Of a stretch of 64,000 nt of DNA, positions 19,423 to 30,158 are shown piece by piece. This stretch comes from a virus (taxonomy: Duplodnaviria; Heunggongvirae; Uroviricota; Caudoviricetes): positions 145,301-209,300 of the IMG/VR virus record IMGVR_UViG_3300026302_000005; one strand, given 5' to 3'. Position 1 is the stretch's first letter, and each line of letters opens with the position of its first letter. The translations under genes and the position numbers were made by a program. The notes under the pieces were generated by a model that worked only from the letters and a program-made list of their open reading frames with translations, was not told the origin of the DNA and made no database searches.

Positions 19423-20064
19423 ATGTCCCGTTATGACGTCAATACCGCGAACACGAATCGCATCGTTCGCTTCCGCATCGAACCGACCAACGCCGCCGAC
19501 GCCAACGCTGCTCTGTTCGGCATGTTCAAGGGCCGCAACAACCAGTATCCGAGCTACGGCCAACTCGTGGGCACCCCGACGGGCGTTCAGGAAGTTGCTC
19601 AGCTTCGCACCAGCCTGGTCATTCGTGCCGTCACCGCCTATGCCATCCCCGTTGGTGTGCAACTGGCTGACGACAGCTTCGCCACCGGTGGTCTGACCGC
19701 CAACTTCGCTCCGGCACTGATCGTGAGCTACGAGCAGGACTCCACTGGTGAGTTCTACAACAACGCATGGGCTGGCAACACCACTCTGCCGAAGCACCAG
19801 GTTGGTCCCATCGTCGATACCATCGGTATCGGTGGTATGACCGCTCCGAAGACCAAGCCGGGTCTCCAGGGTCTCCTGGACAGCCTGTTCTCGGTCTCCT
19901 ACGACGGCGGCGTGTCGGGTCCGTTCGGCAACTTGTCCAACGGTGGTAACGTGGTTCTCCCGAACGGCGTAAACGTGACCGGTGTTCCGGTTCTGGACAA
20001 CGCTGGTGGTGGTGTTCCTGCATCGACTTCCGGCCTCTCGATCACCTACCTCGCCGACTTCTGA
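19423..20064 (+). CDS. Putative abundant virion protein
   Basis: TAAATA 19361, AAGGA SD, strong codon bias, terminator 20071-20118. Confidence 0.7.
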   Translation: MSRYDVNTANTNRIVRFRIEPTNAADANAALFGMFKGRNNQYPSYGQLVGTPTGVQEVAQLRTSLVIRAVTAYAIPVGVQLADDSFATGGLTANFAPALIVSYEQDSTGEFYNNAWAGNTTLPKHQVGPIVDTIGIGGMTAPKTKPGLQGLLDSLFSVSYDGGVSGPFGNLSNGGNVVLPNGVNVTGVPVLDNAGGGVPASTSGLSITYLADF

Positions 20065-20141
20065 TCGCGGCGAAAAAAGAAATGGACGGGCAGGGTCTTC
20101 CCTGCCCGTTTTCTTTTCCTAAATATCCATGAGGGATCATC

Positions 20142-20738
20142 ATGGACACAATTGACTTCGATACAATAGCATCTGCATGGCGGCGAATGGTCTCCGATCC
20201 TGAGCGCGTGGATTCCATGCGAACAGAAGCCCCCGGCTTGCTTCATCCAACTGCAATCCGATTGAAGAACGTCTCACAGGCCGAAGATCACGTTGATATT
20301 CAATTCAGCGAGTTCGAAGCTGCTTCTGATGGCGTCACAGGTATCCCTATCATCAAACGGATGATCCTGAACTGGTTGAAGAAGATTTCCAGTATGGTTC
20401 AGGTTATGGGTTCTGGAACTTCTGAGATGACTCTTCGGTTGTCCACCAGGAGCAAATTTACAGAGGTTGCTATCCCGGTGCTTCGTCGAAATTCGAAGAC
20501 CAACAAGATCACCCGTGTGTCCAAATGTATCAGTGGGGCGAAGGCGGGGCGTAAGGTATCTGACCCAAGTGAGTGCCTGACATTTCCGGATGTCATTAAG
20601 GGTATCGGACTTTCTATATCAAAACGAGCACACGCGGGCCAAATAAGCAACCGGAGAACAAAAACCAAGCTCACCAACATTGTGAGCCGTCGAGTTCGCC
20701 GAGCAAACCAACGGATGAAGAAGGCAAGAGGATTTTGA
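20142..20738 (+). CDS. Late protein with basic C-terminus
   Basis: TAAATA 20120; basic KCISGAKAGRKV..EC region. Confidence 0.7.
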   Translation: MDTIDFDTIASAWRRMVSDPERVDSMRTEAPGLLHPTAIRLKNVSQAEDHVDIQFSEFEAASDGVTGIPIIKRMILNWLKKISSMVQVMGSGTSEMTLRLSTRSKFTEVAIPVLRRNSKTNKITRVSKCISGAKAGRKVSDPSECLTFPDVIKGIGLSISKRAHAGQISNRRTKTKLTNIVSRRVRRANQRMKKARGF

Positions 20739-20739
20739 C

Positions 20740-21522
20740 ATGAGTGATGATGATCGTTTGATCGAGGAGTCGGCGGCATATGCGATGCGTATTGCCAAAT
20801 CGGCCCAGCTTGACAAATCACAGCGTGACGCTACCGGTGCTGGGTTCCATGCCAATCAGATCACGGATGGGGTCATGAACCAGGGTCGTAGTTACTCTGG
20901 TGCTGCATCTGGTCCTGCTGATGTTTTGGCCCGAGAACAGGCAGCGAGCCGAGCCGCCGTCGAGTCCCGTCGAGTCATCGAATCAATGGGTGAACTGGAT
21001 ATCAACGATCTCTTTGCGCCCGATCTTGGTCAACAGAATGAGTATGGACAGACCGCCCGGGCGTTGAGCCGGATGACCCAACACATGGTTCAGACTGGTG
21101 CCCGTCGCATCATCAACGATGCTTACATGGACCCAAATGAGGCCACCATGCTGGTGGAGCAGGAAGCGTATCGTCCACAACAGGTCGATAGTGGGTGGCG
21201 TGTCAAGAAATCACAGGCCACTCTCCAGTCCGGGAAGAAGATTCCTGTATTCATGGTTGAGGACAGTCTATCCGGGATGACCACGGGAAAGCGGTATCGT
21301 TTGTCCCAGGTTGCGGAAAAGATCGTGAAGGTTATCAACGCGACTGGTAATCCGAATGATGCCCGGATCAAGATGATCGAAACCGCATATGACCGTCATG
21401 TTGAACTGATGCGGTCGATTGCGGGTGCAAAGACTGCTCTGGCAGAGGGTCGTGGGGACAAGCGCAGGCTCCAGCAAATGCAGTCTGAGCTTGAAGAAGT
21501 CAACGCAAGACTCGGATTGTGA
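20740..21522 (+). CDS. Hypothetical late (possible head) protein
   Basis: 260 aa; LIEES, VIES, LVEQ motifs. Confidence 0.7.
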   Translation: MSDDDRLIEESAAYAMRIAKSAQLDKSQRDATGAGFHANQITDGVMNQGRSYSGAASGPADVLAREQAASRAAVESRRVIESMGELDINDLFAPDLGQQNEYGQTARALSRMTQHMVQTGARRIINDAYMDPNEATMLVEQEAYRPQQVDSGWRVKKSQATLQSGKKIPVFMVEDSLSGMTTGKRYRLSQVAEKIVKVINATGNPNDARIKMIETAYDRHVELMRSIAGAKTALAEGRGDKRRLQQMQSELEEVNARLGL

Positions 21523-21554
21523 TAAATACCAATGAACGTTTGGAGATACCACAA

Positions 21555-22667
21555 ATGCCGCTGATTTTCCTGCAAGAGTCTTCTGATGGAGTCTTGACCA
21601 AGATCAAGTCTGATCTTTCCTTCATTGATCCGACGGTTGATCTTGATCGATACGCCGGGATGACCACACGCAAACTCCAACAGAAGCTGCGGGAAACCCG
21701 CAAGTCCATTGATGGAATGCGGACTGGTCTCTATGGGTCGTGGCTCAAGTCGGAAAAGTATGTCAAGCACACCCTGGTGGCCGAAGCTCTCACTACGCTG
21801 ATTGAGCAGAAGACCGCCAAGATGCGGACGGAACGACTGGTCCCCGGTGCCACCTACTACAACAGTGTTGCTCGGTTCGGGGACATTCTGGAAGGTCGTT
21901 ACGCCATCTATCTGGGTGAGCAATTCACCGGTTGGATTCCGTTCCGCGAGACTGCTGCGATCTCCAAGGCAATGCAAGTTCTCCGTCACGGAACCGATGA
22001 GGACTTCCGTCAAATCTACGTCGGTATGGCTGATGGCCGTCCGGATGCACTGAGCACAGTGACCCTGGAGCACATCGCGGAATCCAGTCCTCGGGCTCTC
22101 AAACTGATCGAACGATATTGTGATTCTCGGTGGTCGGGGCCGTGGCCGTGGGAAGTGGACGCCCCGGAGCGCCTGAAACTGATGATCGAAACACGCAAGG
22201 AAAAGAACATGAACAGTATTACAGAAATGCAGCGTCGGTTTGCCCGCCTCCTTCGTGAATTTGATGAAGGCGGTATGGGCAAGTTCGAGATGGTCTCGGC
22301 CACCCAAGACATGATGACTCAGGTCGATGGCATGATCTCCAATCTGGGCAAGCTGTCCAGCACTGGTATCCAGGTGATGGCACAGGCAAAGTCTACGGGC
22401 GAAGACAATCTGGTTGAACCGATGCAGGCCGCTCTGGGTGAACCCCTGAACAACGCAGTGGCTGCATTGACCGACCTCAAGGCTGCACTGACCCAGGCTA
22501 CTGAGCAGTTGACTGGTGGGGCTCCCGCTGGCGGTATGGACGCCGACATGGGTGATGACATGGGTGGAGACGATCTTGGTTCTCCGATGGATGCCATGGG
22601 TGACGATCCACTCGATGACATCGAGATCGGTGGCGACGAGGGCGAACGTCCTGTGAAAGGTATCTGA
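21555..22667 (+). CDS. Putative prohead core/scaffold-like protein
   Basis: TAAATA 21523 and GGAG SD place the start at ATG 21555; coiled coil and acidic G/D/M-rich tail. Confidence 0.6.
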   Translation: MPLIFLQESSDGVLTKIKSDLSFIDPTVDLDRYAGMTTRKLQQKLRETRKSIDGMRTGLYGSWLKSEKYVKHTLVAEALTTLIEQKTAKMRTERLVPGATYYNSVARFGDILEGRYAIYLGEQFTGWIPFRETAAISKAMQVLRHGTDEDFRQIYVGMADGRPDALSTVTLEHIAESSPRALKLIERYCDSRWSGPWPWEVDAPERLKLMIETRKEKNMNSITEMQRRFARLLREFDEGGMGKFEMVSATQDMMTQVDGMISNLGKLSSTGIQVMAQAKSTGEDNLVEPMQAALGEPLNNAVAALTDLKAALTQATEQLTGGAPAGGMDADMGDDMGGDDLGSPMDAMGDDPLDDIEIGGDEGERPVKGI

Positions 22668-22669
22668 TC

Positions 22670-23026
22670 GTGACCACGGTAGTTGAATATGATGGGTTCT
22701 ATGGGGCGTCTCGGGCCCGTCTGATTGCTTTGGGGCAATCGGCTGGTGCCAACGACATCCTGGTGGAAATCAACCAGCTTCAACTGCTTGTTGATAACGC
22801 AGCAGTCACTGGTAACCTCGATGTGACCGTCTCAACGACCCCGATGACCACGAACACGTTGTTCTTTGACTCCTGGAACGATCCCTACAACAACGATACC
22901 GGTGCGGATAAACTGCGTCGGATCGCGATGAACCACGTGATCAACTACTTCACCCGACTGGGCTATTCAGTTCGCCGCACCCGGGTTGGAACGACCAATT
23001 TCTTCCAGTGGCTGATCGAGTGGTAA
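22670..23026 (+). CDS. Hypothetical protein
   Basis: 118-aa ORF, GTG start. Confidence 0.7.
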   Translation: MTTVVEYDGFYGASRARLIALGQSAGANDILVEINQLQLLVDNAAVTGNLDVTVSTTPMTTNTLFFDSWNDPYNNDTGADKLRRIAMNHVINYFTRLGYSVRRTRVGTTNFFQWLIEW

Positions 23027-23091
23027 CGTTTTTTCTTGACGAATCAACTCTAGTCTGATAGAACAGTCTCCTGACCAACGGGAGATCGATC

Positions 23092-23325
23092 ATGGCTGGA
23101 AATACCTTCGCGTGTGTTACCGTTGGCACCCCTGATCGCACCCGTTATGCCATCAAGATACCCGGTCATTTCGACCGCGATGACAACTACATCCCCGATG
23201 CATGCGTTAAGGGTGGAACCCGTCGTCTTGAAATTGAATGCCTGGTTCTGGCCGAACATCTTGCAGCCGTCCATCGTGGTAAGGTCATGGTTGTGTGCCC
23301 GATGATCACGGAGATCAAGCGATGA
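23092..23325 (+). CDS. Hypothetical early protein
   Basis: TTGACG 23036; GGAG SD. Confidence 0.6.
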   Translation: MAGNTFACVTVGTPDRTRYAIKIPGHFDRDDNYIPDACVKGGTRRLEIECLVLAEHLAAVHRGKVMVVCPMITEIKR

Positions 23326-23765
23326 CCTTCTGGGCTGGATACGCAAAGCGTCCGATGGGCAAGGGAAACCCCTACTACTGCTGCGTCGGATGCGGGATCA
23401 CCGATCCTTCCATCAACGGCGACATCAATCGGCATGGTCCGGGGTGCCCGGAGGTCCAGAAGTATCTGGCCGAACTGAATCCCAACGACTATACTCCGTT
23501 TGCAATTGAGGGGACGGTGTATCGTGGTGGAGATGAGATCGAGTATGAGATCGTGGTGGATCGTGAGGTCTACATCCGCCTGGTCACCAGAAATCTCTAT
23601 GGCGTGTTCTATCCATTGCGCCAATCCGACATGGTGTTCCCGAATGCATTGGTTGCGACCGAGGCACTACGGGATGCGGTTGGGCTGTTGGTGGCCAAGG
23701 ATATCCTGATCGATGGCGATGTGCCGCGTAGCCATGTCATGTGGAAGCTTGGATCAAAGGGTTGA
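23322..23765 (+). CDS. Hypothetical protein with N-terminal Cys/His cluster
   Basis: ATGA overlap; YYCCVGC..HGPGC. Confidence 0.65.
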   Translation: MTFWAGYAKRPMGKGNPYYCCVGCGITDPSINGDINRHGPGCPEVQKYLAELNPNDYTPFAIEGTVYRGGDEIEYEIVVDREVYIRLVTRNLYGVFYPLRQSDMVFPNALVATEALRDAVGLLVAKDILIDGDVPRSHVMWKLGSKG

Positions 23766-23814
23766 CATTGGCTGTCGAACCTGGTATACGGGATCGGCAA
23801 CAGGGAGAACGCTC

Positions 23815-24237
23815 ATGCAGTTTTTGAATGTCGAAGATCACGCTGCAATCGGTCGTTCTCCTGCGACCGACACTCGTTGTCTGGTGGTGAAACGTGATCC
23901 CGTGACTGGAACATCCTTTCACATAAACAGCGTGAACTGTGGCTCCCAGTATGACTTCCTGGTGTCATTCGTTTCTTCGCGTGACGGACTGGTCTGTATG
24001 ATGAGCCATTCGTTCCGGTTCGAGCATCCTGCCGAGAAGTATCGTGCCGCCGTGTATGGCAAGTGCATGGAATGCTCCACGCTCGACTTGCCTGCCCGCG
24101 AAGCCTATGAACTCCTGTTCTCGTTGATCGACTTTGATCGCGGTGATGAAGTGGAACTGCGTGATCCCGATGCTGGTATGTTTGGATGGAAGCTTCTGTC
24201 CCAACAGGAAGCCACGGACCTGATTCAAACCCTGTAA
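23815..24237 (+). CDS. Hypothetical early protein
   Basis: Promoter TTGACA 23762-17-TATACG; GGGAG SD. Confidence 0.7.
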   Translation: MQFLNVEDHAAIGRSPATDTRCLVVKRDPVTGTSFHINSVNCGSQYDFLVSFVSSRDGLVCMMSHSFRFEHPAEKYRAAVYGKCMECSTLDLPAREAYELLFSLIDFDRGDEVELRDPDAGMFGWKLLSQQEATDLIQTL

Positions 24238-24298
24238 TCGAGGTTGCGTTCCATTCGGTCTCCGGTTACAATATCACAACTCAACATGGAGAATCATC

Positions 24299-25051
24299 GT
24301 GGGCGGATCGCTGGCAGTCACAATCGTGGACCCCGAGGGGACCTGGCACAAGATGGATCGGTGGACCAATCCCACCTCGTGGTATTTCACCGATACCCGT
24401 TTCCTGAACGGTGATCCTGTCCTGCTCCGGGAGTATCTGGATACCTGGTATGAGATGTGCCAGGAATATGACGACTTTCACGGGGGCGTCGGGGGGGCAC
24501 CTGAGCCCAGGATGGCCACGTGCTATTGCAATCCAGACTATTCGTCCCGCGATCTGGTGGCCCCGAGCGAATACGGCCTGGTCTACCTGGATATGCCGAA
24601 CAAGCGGTTCTGGCACATGCAGGGCTACTCGACCTACCATCAGATATCGGTGACCCGTATCATATTGGATGAGCGTGACTGGGACACCACGGACCCAGAA
24701 GAGGTGGCCGGGGAGCGAGCCCACTACGAATCACTTCTGCCCCGAATCACCATTCATCGGACACCGACAGATCGGGACACGGATGTCGATGTTCCTGTGT
24801 CGTTCGCGTCGGTCGAAGACCTGATCAACCACGCCTTTCAGATGAACAAGCGGCGTGATGCAAAGGGTATGAGCGATTGGTCCTATTACGTCTTGGATAT
24901 GACCGGATGGGACTACCGGGTGTTTCCTGATGATCGAGATGGTGCTGTGCAGTTTCAGGCCGCACTGGTCGAGACCGGCTACGAATTCTCTGAAAAGGAA
25001 CTCAAGCACTGGGACGACTTTCGCAAACTCGATGAAGATGACGAGGATTGA
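24299..25051 (+). CDS. Hypothetical early protein
   Basis: Promoter TTGCGT-17-TACAAT; GGAG SD, GTG start. Confidence 0.7.
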   Translation: MGGSLAVTIVDPEGTWHKMDRWTNPTSWYFTDTRFLNGDPVLLREYLDTWYEMCQEYDDFHGGVGGAPEPRMATCYCNPDYSSRDLVAPSEYGLVYLDMPNKRFWHMQGYSTYHQISVTRIILDERDWDTTDPEEVAGERAHYESLLPRITIHRTPTDRDTDVDVPVSFASVEDLINHAFQMNKRRDAKGMSDWSYYVLDMTGWDYRVFPDDRDGAVQFQAALVETGYEFSEKELKHWDDFRKLDEDDED

Positions 25052-25082
25052 CATTCACGTGCTTCGGGTTTAGCTTATTGGT

Positions 25083-25835
25083 ATGGCTAGATTCCCGATC
25101 ACACTGGACAAATTTCCCTACTATGACATTCATGCGGATACATCCGAGGGTGGCACCAGGGTCTATCATACTCCGGCTGGCGATGCGCCTTCCGTAACCA
25201 CGATCCTATCGTCATTGCCAAATCCAGAACTGGATGCATGGCGTGAGCGGGTGGGACTGGAAGAGGCTGAGCGGATTTCCAAGGAAGCCACCACCATCGG
25301 CAGTTACATGCATGACATGCTGGAGGCACATCTACGTGGTCAGGAGTTCAAGAGGGATGGCTCTGATCTGGAAACGACGGCTGTGCAGATGCACAATGCC
25401 ATCAAGATGTTTGGGTGGCGTAAGCTGAATGCCGTGTGGGGGGTTGAAGTGCCATTGCATTTCAACGATCTCTATGCCGGTCGAACTGATATGATCGGGG
25501 TATACTCGCAGGCCCCATCGATCCTCGACTACAAGACGTCGAAGTATCACAAGCCCCCACAGCACATCACCAAATACAAGCTCCAGACCGCAGCCTATGC
25601 TTTGGCTTTACAGCACATGTTCGGACAACGGATCGATCAATCCGTGTTGTTCTTCGCCATACGGCCATACCCGGAGCGTAAGCAGGCTGCACAGTCCAGT
25701 GTGATCGTGATTTCACCCCCGGAACTGCGAGAATACAAGATCAAGTGGATCGAGGTCCTGGTTGATTACTACGCCGAGCGTGATCAGAGTAAGCTGTCAC
25801 AGATTGATTCTCTCATTGATCTCATAGATGACTAA
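25083..25835 (+). CDS. PD-(D/E)XK exonuclease
   Basis: PSVTTIL, G..MH..LE, E..L..YAGRTD, ILDYKTS, Q..AY. Confidence 0.9.
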   Translation: MARFPITLDKFPYYDIHADTSEGGTRVYHTPAGDAPSVTTILSSLPNPELDAWRERVGLEEAERISKEATTIGSYMHDMLEAHLRGQEFKRDGSDLETTAVQMHNAIKMFGWRKLNAVWGVEVPLHFNDLYAGRTDMIGVYSQAPSILDYKTSKYHKPPQHITKYKLQTAAYALALQHMFGQRIDQSVLFFAIRPYPERKQAAQSSVIVISPPELREYKIKWIEVLVDYYAERDQSKLSQIDSLIDLIDD

Positions 25836-25843
25836 ATACCAGC

Positions 25844-26443
25844 ATGAAACTGTTTGAACTCGACCCGAAGAACCCGATTGACAAAGAACTGGCCCGCACT
25901 GCCAAAGGTGCCGGGACTGCTGGTTCATTGGACCCCAACGATCAGGCCGCACAGCCCGATCCCGAAATGGGGGCTGCACCCGGTATGGGAGCAGGACCAG
26001 ACATGAACCAGCCGGAGCCCGGTATGGGGTCTGCCCCTGGCGAGCAGCAGGATGCCGACGCGAACATTCCGACCAAGCCGGTTGATTCGTCCCTGATGGC
26101 ACGGGCCAAAAACCACGATTATGTTCATAACTTCGATCATTCCGATCCAGATTCCCCATCCAATCCGGTGGTCATCATGGGTATGGAGATGAGCGATCTG
26201 AGTCAACTCCGGAACAAGATTCGGGTTCGTCTGGACCAGATCGGGATCGCAGATACCATCGGTAAGTATTCCGAACACACCACCCGGGCAACTCAATCGA
26301 TGTTGGCATTCGTGGATATCGTGATGGCTTACAAGAAGGGTCAGGTTCGAGACCAGAACCAGAAGGCCGGTGGCCGACCGAAGGTCAAAGAGGTTCCGAA
26401 GTCTAGTGTTAAGGCCGGAAACTATAAGCCTAAGCGAAAATAA
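25844..26443 (+). CDS. Late protein, probable internal head protein
   Basis: ATG 5 nt after TAAATA 25833; starts MKLFEL. Confidence 0.7.
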   Translation: MKLFELDPKNPIDKELARTAKGAGTAGSLDPNDQAAQPDPEMGAAPGMGAGPDMNQPEPGMGSAPGEQQDADANIPTKPVDSSLMARAKNHDYVHNFDHSDPDSPSNPVVIMGMEMSDLSQLRNKIRVRLDQIGIADTIGKYSEHTTRATQSMLAFVDIVMAYKKGQVRDQNQKAGGRPKVKEVPKSSVKAGNYKPKRK

Positions 26444-26482
26444 CCGCTTGCAAAACCCTATGTCCTGACTTACATCAGTGGC

Positions 26483-27547
26483 ATGAAGTTCATCCTTGTA
26501 GACATCAGCAACCTAGTTCACCGTGCCAAGCATGCCGTTGGTCAGCGGGTGATAACCGGATCGACGTTTGATCCGTTTGGAGTCATGACCTCTGACGAAG
26601 ACGAGCTTCGCACCAGTATGATCATGGACGTGATTTTCGGTGGCATTACGACCGCCTACATGCGGTTCGGTGGAACTCATTGTGTGGCTGCATTCGACAT
26701 GCGATCATGGCGTCGGGATGTATCCGAGTCCTACAAGGCAAACCGTCGTGACAAGGTGAAAACCCCCGAAGAAGAACACGATCAGGAATTGATCACCGCG
26801 ATCATCGATGAGCTACAAAGCTTCTTGCAAGAATATACGAACGTGACTGTGCTGGGTGCCGACGGGGCTGAGGCGGATGACTTCATCGCCCGATGGGTGC
26901 AACTCCACCAGGACCCATCCGACCACAACATCATTGTATCCGCCGATGGGGACTTCAAGCAGTTGGTTGGATCGAATACCGATCTCTACAACCCGATGAC
27001 CTCGACCCTGTATACCACGGATGGAGTGTTCTATCAGGATGGCCGTAAGCCCGCGAAAAGCGACACGGTGGTGACACTTCATGGTGGGTCTTGGAAGGTC
27101 AAGGTCAATGCCAAGACCGGTGAGAAAGAGACATTCGATCCGCAGTGGGAGTTGTTTGAGAAGTGCATCCGTGGGGACATCAGTGACAATATCCCTTCGG
27201 CATGGCCCCGGGTTCACACTACCAAAATGAAAGCCGCCTATGAGGGCTCCATTGTGGAATGGAACAACTTCATCAACTCTACCTGGGGCAAAGATGGTGA
27301 GAAGCATTCGGTTCGGGAACGATACGAACAGAACAAACGGCTGATCGACTTGACTTGTCAGCCCGATCATATCAAAGACCTGATGGATGAAACCATCATG
27401 GCCGCTGTCCAACGCCACCCCGCCCGAATGGTTGGGGCACACTTCGCCCGGTTCTGTAATCTCTACCGGTTGACGAAGATGCTCCAGCAGGCCGAAAAAT
27501 ACACCGCGATCCTGTCGCGTGGATACCAGTATGACCGAACAGTTTAA
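26483..27547 (+). CDS. 5'-3' exonuclease / T4 RNase H-like flap nuclease
   Basis: ILVDISN, SWRR..YKANR, EADD, SADGDFKQL, GDISDNIP. Confidence 0.92.
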   Translation: MKFILVDISNLVHRAKHAVGQRVITGSTFDPFGVMTSDEDELRTSMIMDVIFGGITTAYMRFGGTHCVAAFDMRSWRRDVSESYKANRRDKVKTPEEEHDQELITAIIDELQSFLQEYTNVTVLGADGAEADDFIARWVQLHQDPSDHNIIVSADGDFKQLVGSNTDLYNPMTSTLYTTDGVFYQDGRKPAKSDTVVTLHGGSWKVKVNAKTGEKETFDPQWELFEKCIRGDISDNIPSAWPRVHTTKMKAAYEGSIVEWNNFINSTWGKDGEKHSVRERYEQNKRLIDLTCQPDHIKDLMDETIMAAVQRHPARMVGAHFARFCNLYRLTKMLQQAEKYTAILSRGYQYDRTV

Positions 27548-29423
27548 GAAGCTCACCGATTACCAGCATGCCCGTCAGCGGACTGAGATGTATCTGGGAA
27601 GCCGTGAGACGCATTCCCAGTCGGTTCTGACCTTTGATGGCAGTCAGGTAGCCCTGACCGAGCACACGTGGGTTCCTGCCCTCTATACGGGCTTCCGGGA
27701 GCTAATCGACAATGCTCTGGACGAGATGCTAGGGCACGGCCATGGTGGGGCTCTACAGGTCTCCTATGATGGGAGCACTGGCATCATCGAGGTTCAGGAC
27801 GACGGACGCGGATTGCCACTGGATGAGAAGCCGGAACTGGGTAAAGGTCCTGCCGCATCGATCCTCTTGGGAGAGGCCCGGGCCGGTCGAAATTTTGATG
27901 AACGTGGTGCCGTGGCCGGGGTCAACGGACTGGGTGCGGCAGTTGTCAACTTCACTTCGGCGTGGTTTGAACTGGAAGTTCATCGTGATGGGCTGCGACT
28001 GTTCCAAACGTGGGAAGAGGGAACCTATCGGCAGCAGGATATTCACAAGACCATTGGCCCGACTCTGGTTGAGACTGACAAATCCCTGCATGGGACACGG
28101 GTTCGGTTCAAACCCAGTGCCAAGGTCTATCCGACCATGCAGTTGCCGGTAGAGTTCGTTGAGTCCCGCCTGTGGGACATTGCATTGGCCAATCCCGACC
28201 TACGAGTTACATTCAACGGCAAGCTGTTGAAGGTCGAAGGGAAGGACCCGGTTGGGGTTGCCTTGTCACCGACCAAAAAGGCATCGGTGATTCAGATCAA
28301 GACGGATAGAATCAACTCTCGTTTTTATGTTGTTCCGGGTGTGGTCCAGGACGAACACATTCACAGCCTGGTCAACAACATCCCGGTCTTCCAAGGTGGG
28401 CCACACGTCGAAGAATTCCGCAATCTGTTCTATACCAACCTGGCAGAACTGTTGGAGCCGCTGGCCCGGATTGCAACCGGCCACAAGGGGAAAGACCCCA
28501 TCATGGCTCGAAGCGATCTTACCCCCGGGTTGTTGATCTACAACATCACGGTGATGAACGATCCTCACTTCGACTCGCAGACCAAGACCAGGTTGATTTC
28601 TGAGATCAAACCAGACATCCGTCGCGGGTTCATGGTCGCTGATGTCAAAGCGTTCATCAGGAACAATCAGGAATGGGTTAACGAGGCGGTGCAGCGGTGT
28701 GCCAATCGGGTTCGGACTGCATCGACCAGAACCATTCGGAAAGAGCAGAATAAGCTCAGCAAGACCAAGATCGCATCGCTCAAGGATGCGACCGGTGCCA
28801 ACCGTAGGGATTGCATTCTGTTCATCGCTGAGGGTGAGTCTGCTATCTCCGGTATGATGTCGGTTCGTGATGCATCCATTCATGGTGGCATCGGTCTCCG
28901 TGGGAAGATCAAGAATGTGCATGGCACGACACCGAAGGAGGTGTTGGCCAGTAAAGCCCTAACCGATATCATGCACAGTATCGGTTTGAAACTGGGAGAG
29001 CGGGCCAATCCCCTGCATCTGCGTTATGGTCGCATCTACATTGCCACTGATGAAGATGAAGATGGAAAGAACATCACGGCGTTGATCGTGAATTTCCTCT
29101 ACACGTTCTGGCCGGAACTGTTCGAGGATGCCGCAAACCCCGTGGTATTCAAATTCTCCACCCCGTTGATTATACTTGTCAAAGGTAATGATCGGAGGTA
29201 TGTCTATGCTGACGCCTACGATCAGTTCGACGCCAGTGCCTGGAGTGGATGGCAAATCATCCGTGCCAAGGGGCTTGCCCGACTGACACAACCAGATTGG
29301 AAGATTGCCATTCACGAGCCCAATTTGATACCTATGGTCGATGATGGTCGAATGAAGGAAACGCTCGATCTTCTCTTCAACCCAACTCGTGCAGATGATA
29401 GAAAAGTCTGGCTATCCGAATGA
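27531..29423 (+). CDS. Type IIA topoisomerase ATPase/TOPRIM subunit (gp39+gp60-like)
   Basis: RTEMYLGS, ELIDNALDE, DDGRG, GVNGLGA, EGESA, LRGK, TDEDEDG, KGL. Confidence 0.95.
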   Translation: MTEQFKKLTDYQHARQRTEMYLGSRETHSQSVLTFDGSQVALTEHTWVPALYTGFRELIDNALDEMLGHGHGGALQVSYDGSTGIIEVQDDGRGLPLDEKPELGKGPAASILLGEARAGRNFDERGAVAGVNGLGAAVVNFTSAWFELEVHRDGLRLFQTWEEGTYRQQDIHKTIGPTLVETDKSLHGTRVRFKPSAKVYPTMQLPVEFVESRLWDIALANPDLRVTFNGKLLKVEGKDPVGVALSPTKKASVIQIKTDRINSRFYVVPGVVQDEHIHSLVNNIPVFQGGPHVEEFRNLFYTNLAELLEPLARIATGHKGKDPIMARSDLTPGLLIYNITVMNDPHFDSQTKTRLISEIKPDIRRGFMVADVKAFIRNNQEWVNEAVQRCANRVRTASTRTIRKEQNKLSKTKIASLKDATGANRRDCILFIAEGESAISGMMSVRDASIHGGIGLRGKIKNVHGTTPKEVLASKALTDIMHSIGLKLGERANPLHLRYGRIYIATDEDEDGKNITALIVNFLYTFWPELFEDAANPVVFKFSTPLIILVKGNDRRYVYADAYDQFDASAWSGWQIIRAKGLARLTQPDWKIAIHEPNLIPMVDDGRMKETLDLLFNPTRADDRKVWLSE

Positions 29424-29710
29424 TGATATTCAATGCAAAGAACGTGGGACTTCATCTACCCGATGCGGTATACGTGGGTAGACCATCACCATTTGGGAAT
29501 CCGTATGAGAGCGGGAAGGATGGCACCCGAGCCGATGTCATACGAATGTATGAAGACTGGCTCTTGCAACAACCAGAACTCCTTGCTAAGGTAAGGACTG
29601 AACTACGTGGGAAACATTTGATATGTTGGTGTTTTCCAAAACAGTGCCACGCTGAGGTGCTGATGCACTATGCAAATGAAGAGGACTATGACGATGCCCA
29701 ACCCCGATGA
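29420..29710 (+). CDS. DUF4326 family protein
   Basis: VYVGRPSPFGNPY..LRGKHLICWC.P..CHAEVL. Confidence 0.85.
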   Translation: MMIFNAKNVGLHLPDAVYVGRPSPFGNPYESGKDGTRADVIRMYEDWLLQQPELLAKVRTELRGKHLICWCFPKQCHAEVLMHYANEEDYDDAQPR

Positions 29711-30158
29711 CATGACCCCACCAGTCCACCCTATGTCCAAGATCGACATATCCGATCATCCCGCGATCACCAGTCCGGTGGCCTATTCGGTCCTGAACTA
29801 CGCACTGGCCAATCCTGTTCCAGCCACCCTGGAAGAGGAGGTTGCAATGCACCCGGAGTCGGATCGACAGCGGGCTGTGCTGGTTCTGACGGATTGCCTT
29901 GTTGAGCTTGCTCGGTGTGAAGCAGAGGATGCAGAGCCGCCCGAAATGATGTTCTTCTCCCCTCCCCAGGGCGGCAAGGTCGGCAAGAATGGATTCATGG
30001 CTTTGTTCCCGGATATGCCAAACTCCCCGGTCGGTCGTTTCCGTGGGAATGGGATGTCATGCGATCTGGTTGAAACTGTGACGTTCATCGCGAAGAATTT
30101 TCCCGATGTCATGGACCAGGTTTCACAGGCAATTGCCGATCTGTCAGTGGACGAGTAA
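29688..30158 (+). CDS. Hypothetical protein
   Basis: GAGGA SD before ATG 29688; lies between the topoisomerase subunits. Confidence 0.65.
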   Translation: MTMPNPDDMTPPVHPMSKIDISDHPAITSPVAYSVLNYALANPVPATLEEEVAMHPESDRQRAVLVLTDCLVELARCEAEDAEPPEMMFFSPPQGGKVGKNGFMALFPDMPNSPVGRFRGNGMSCDLVETVTFIAKNFPDVMDQVSQAIADLSVDE

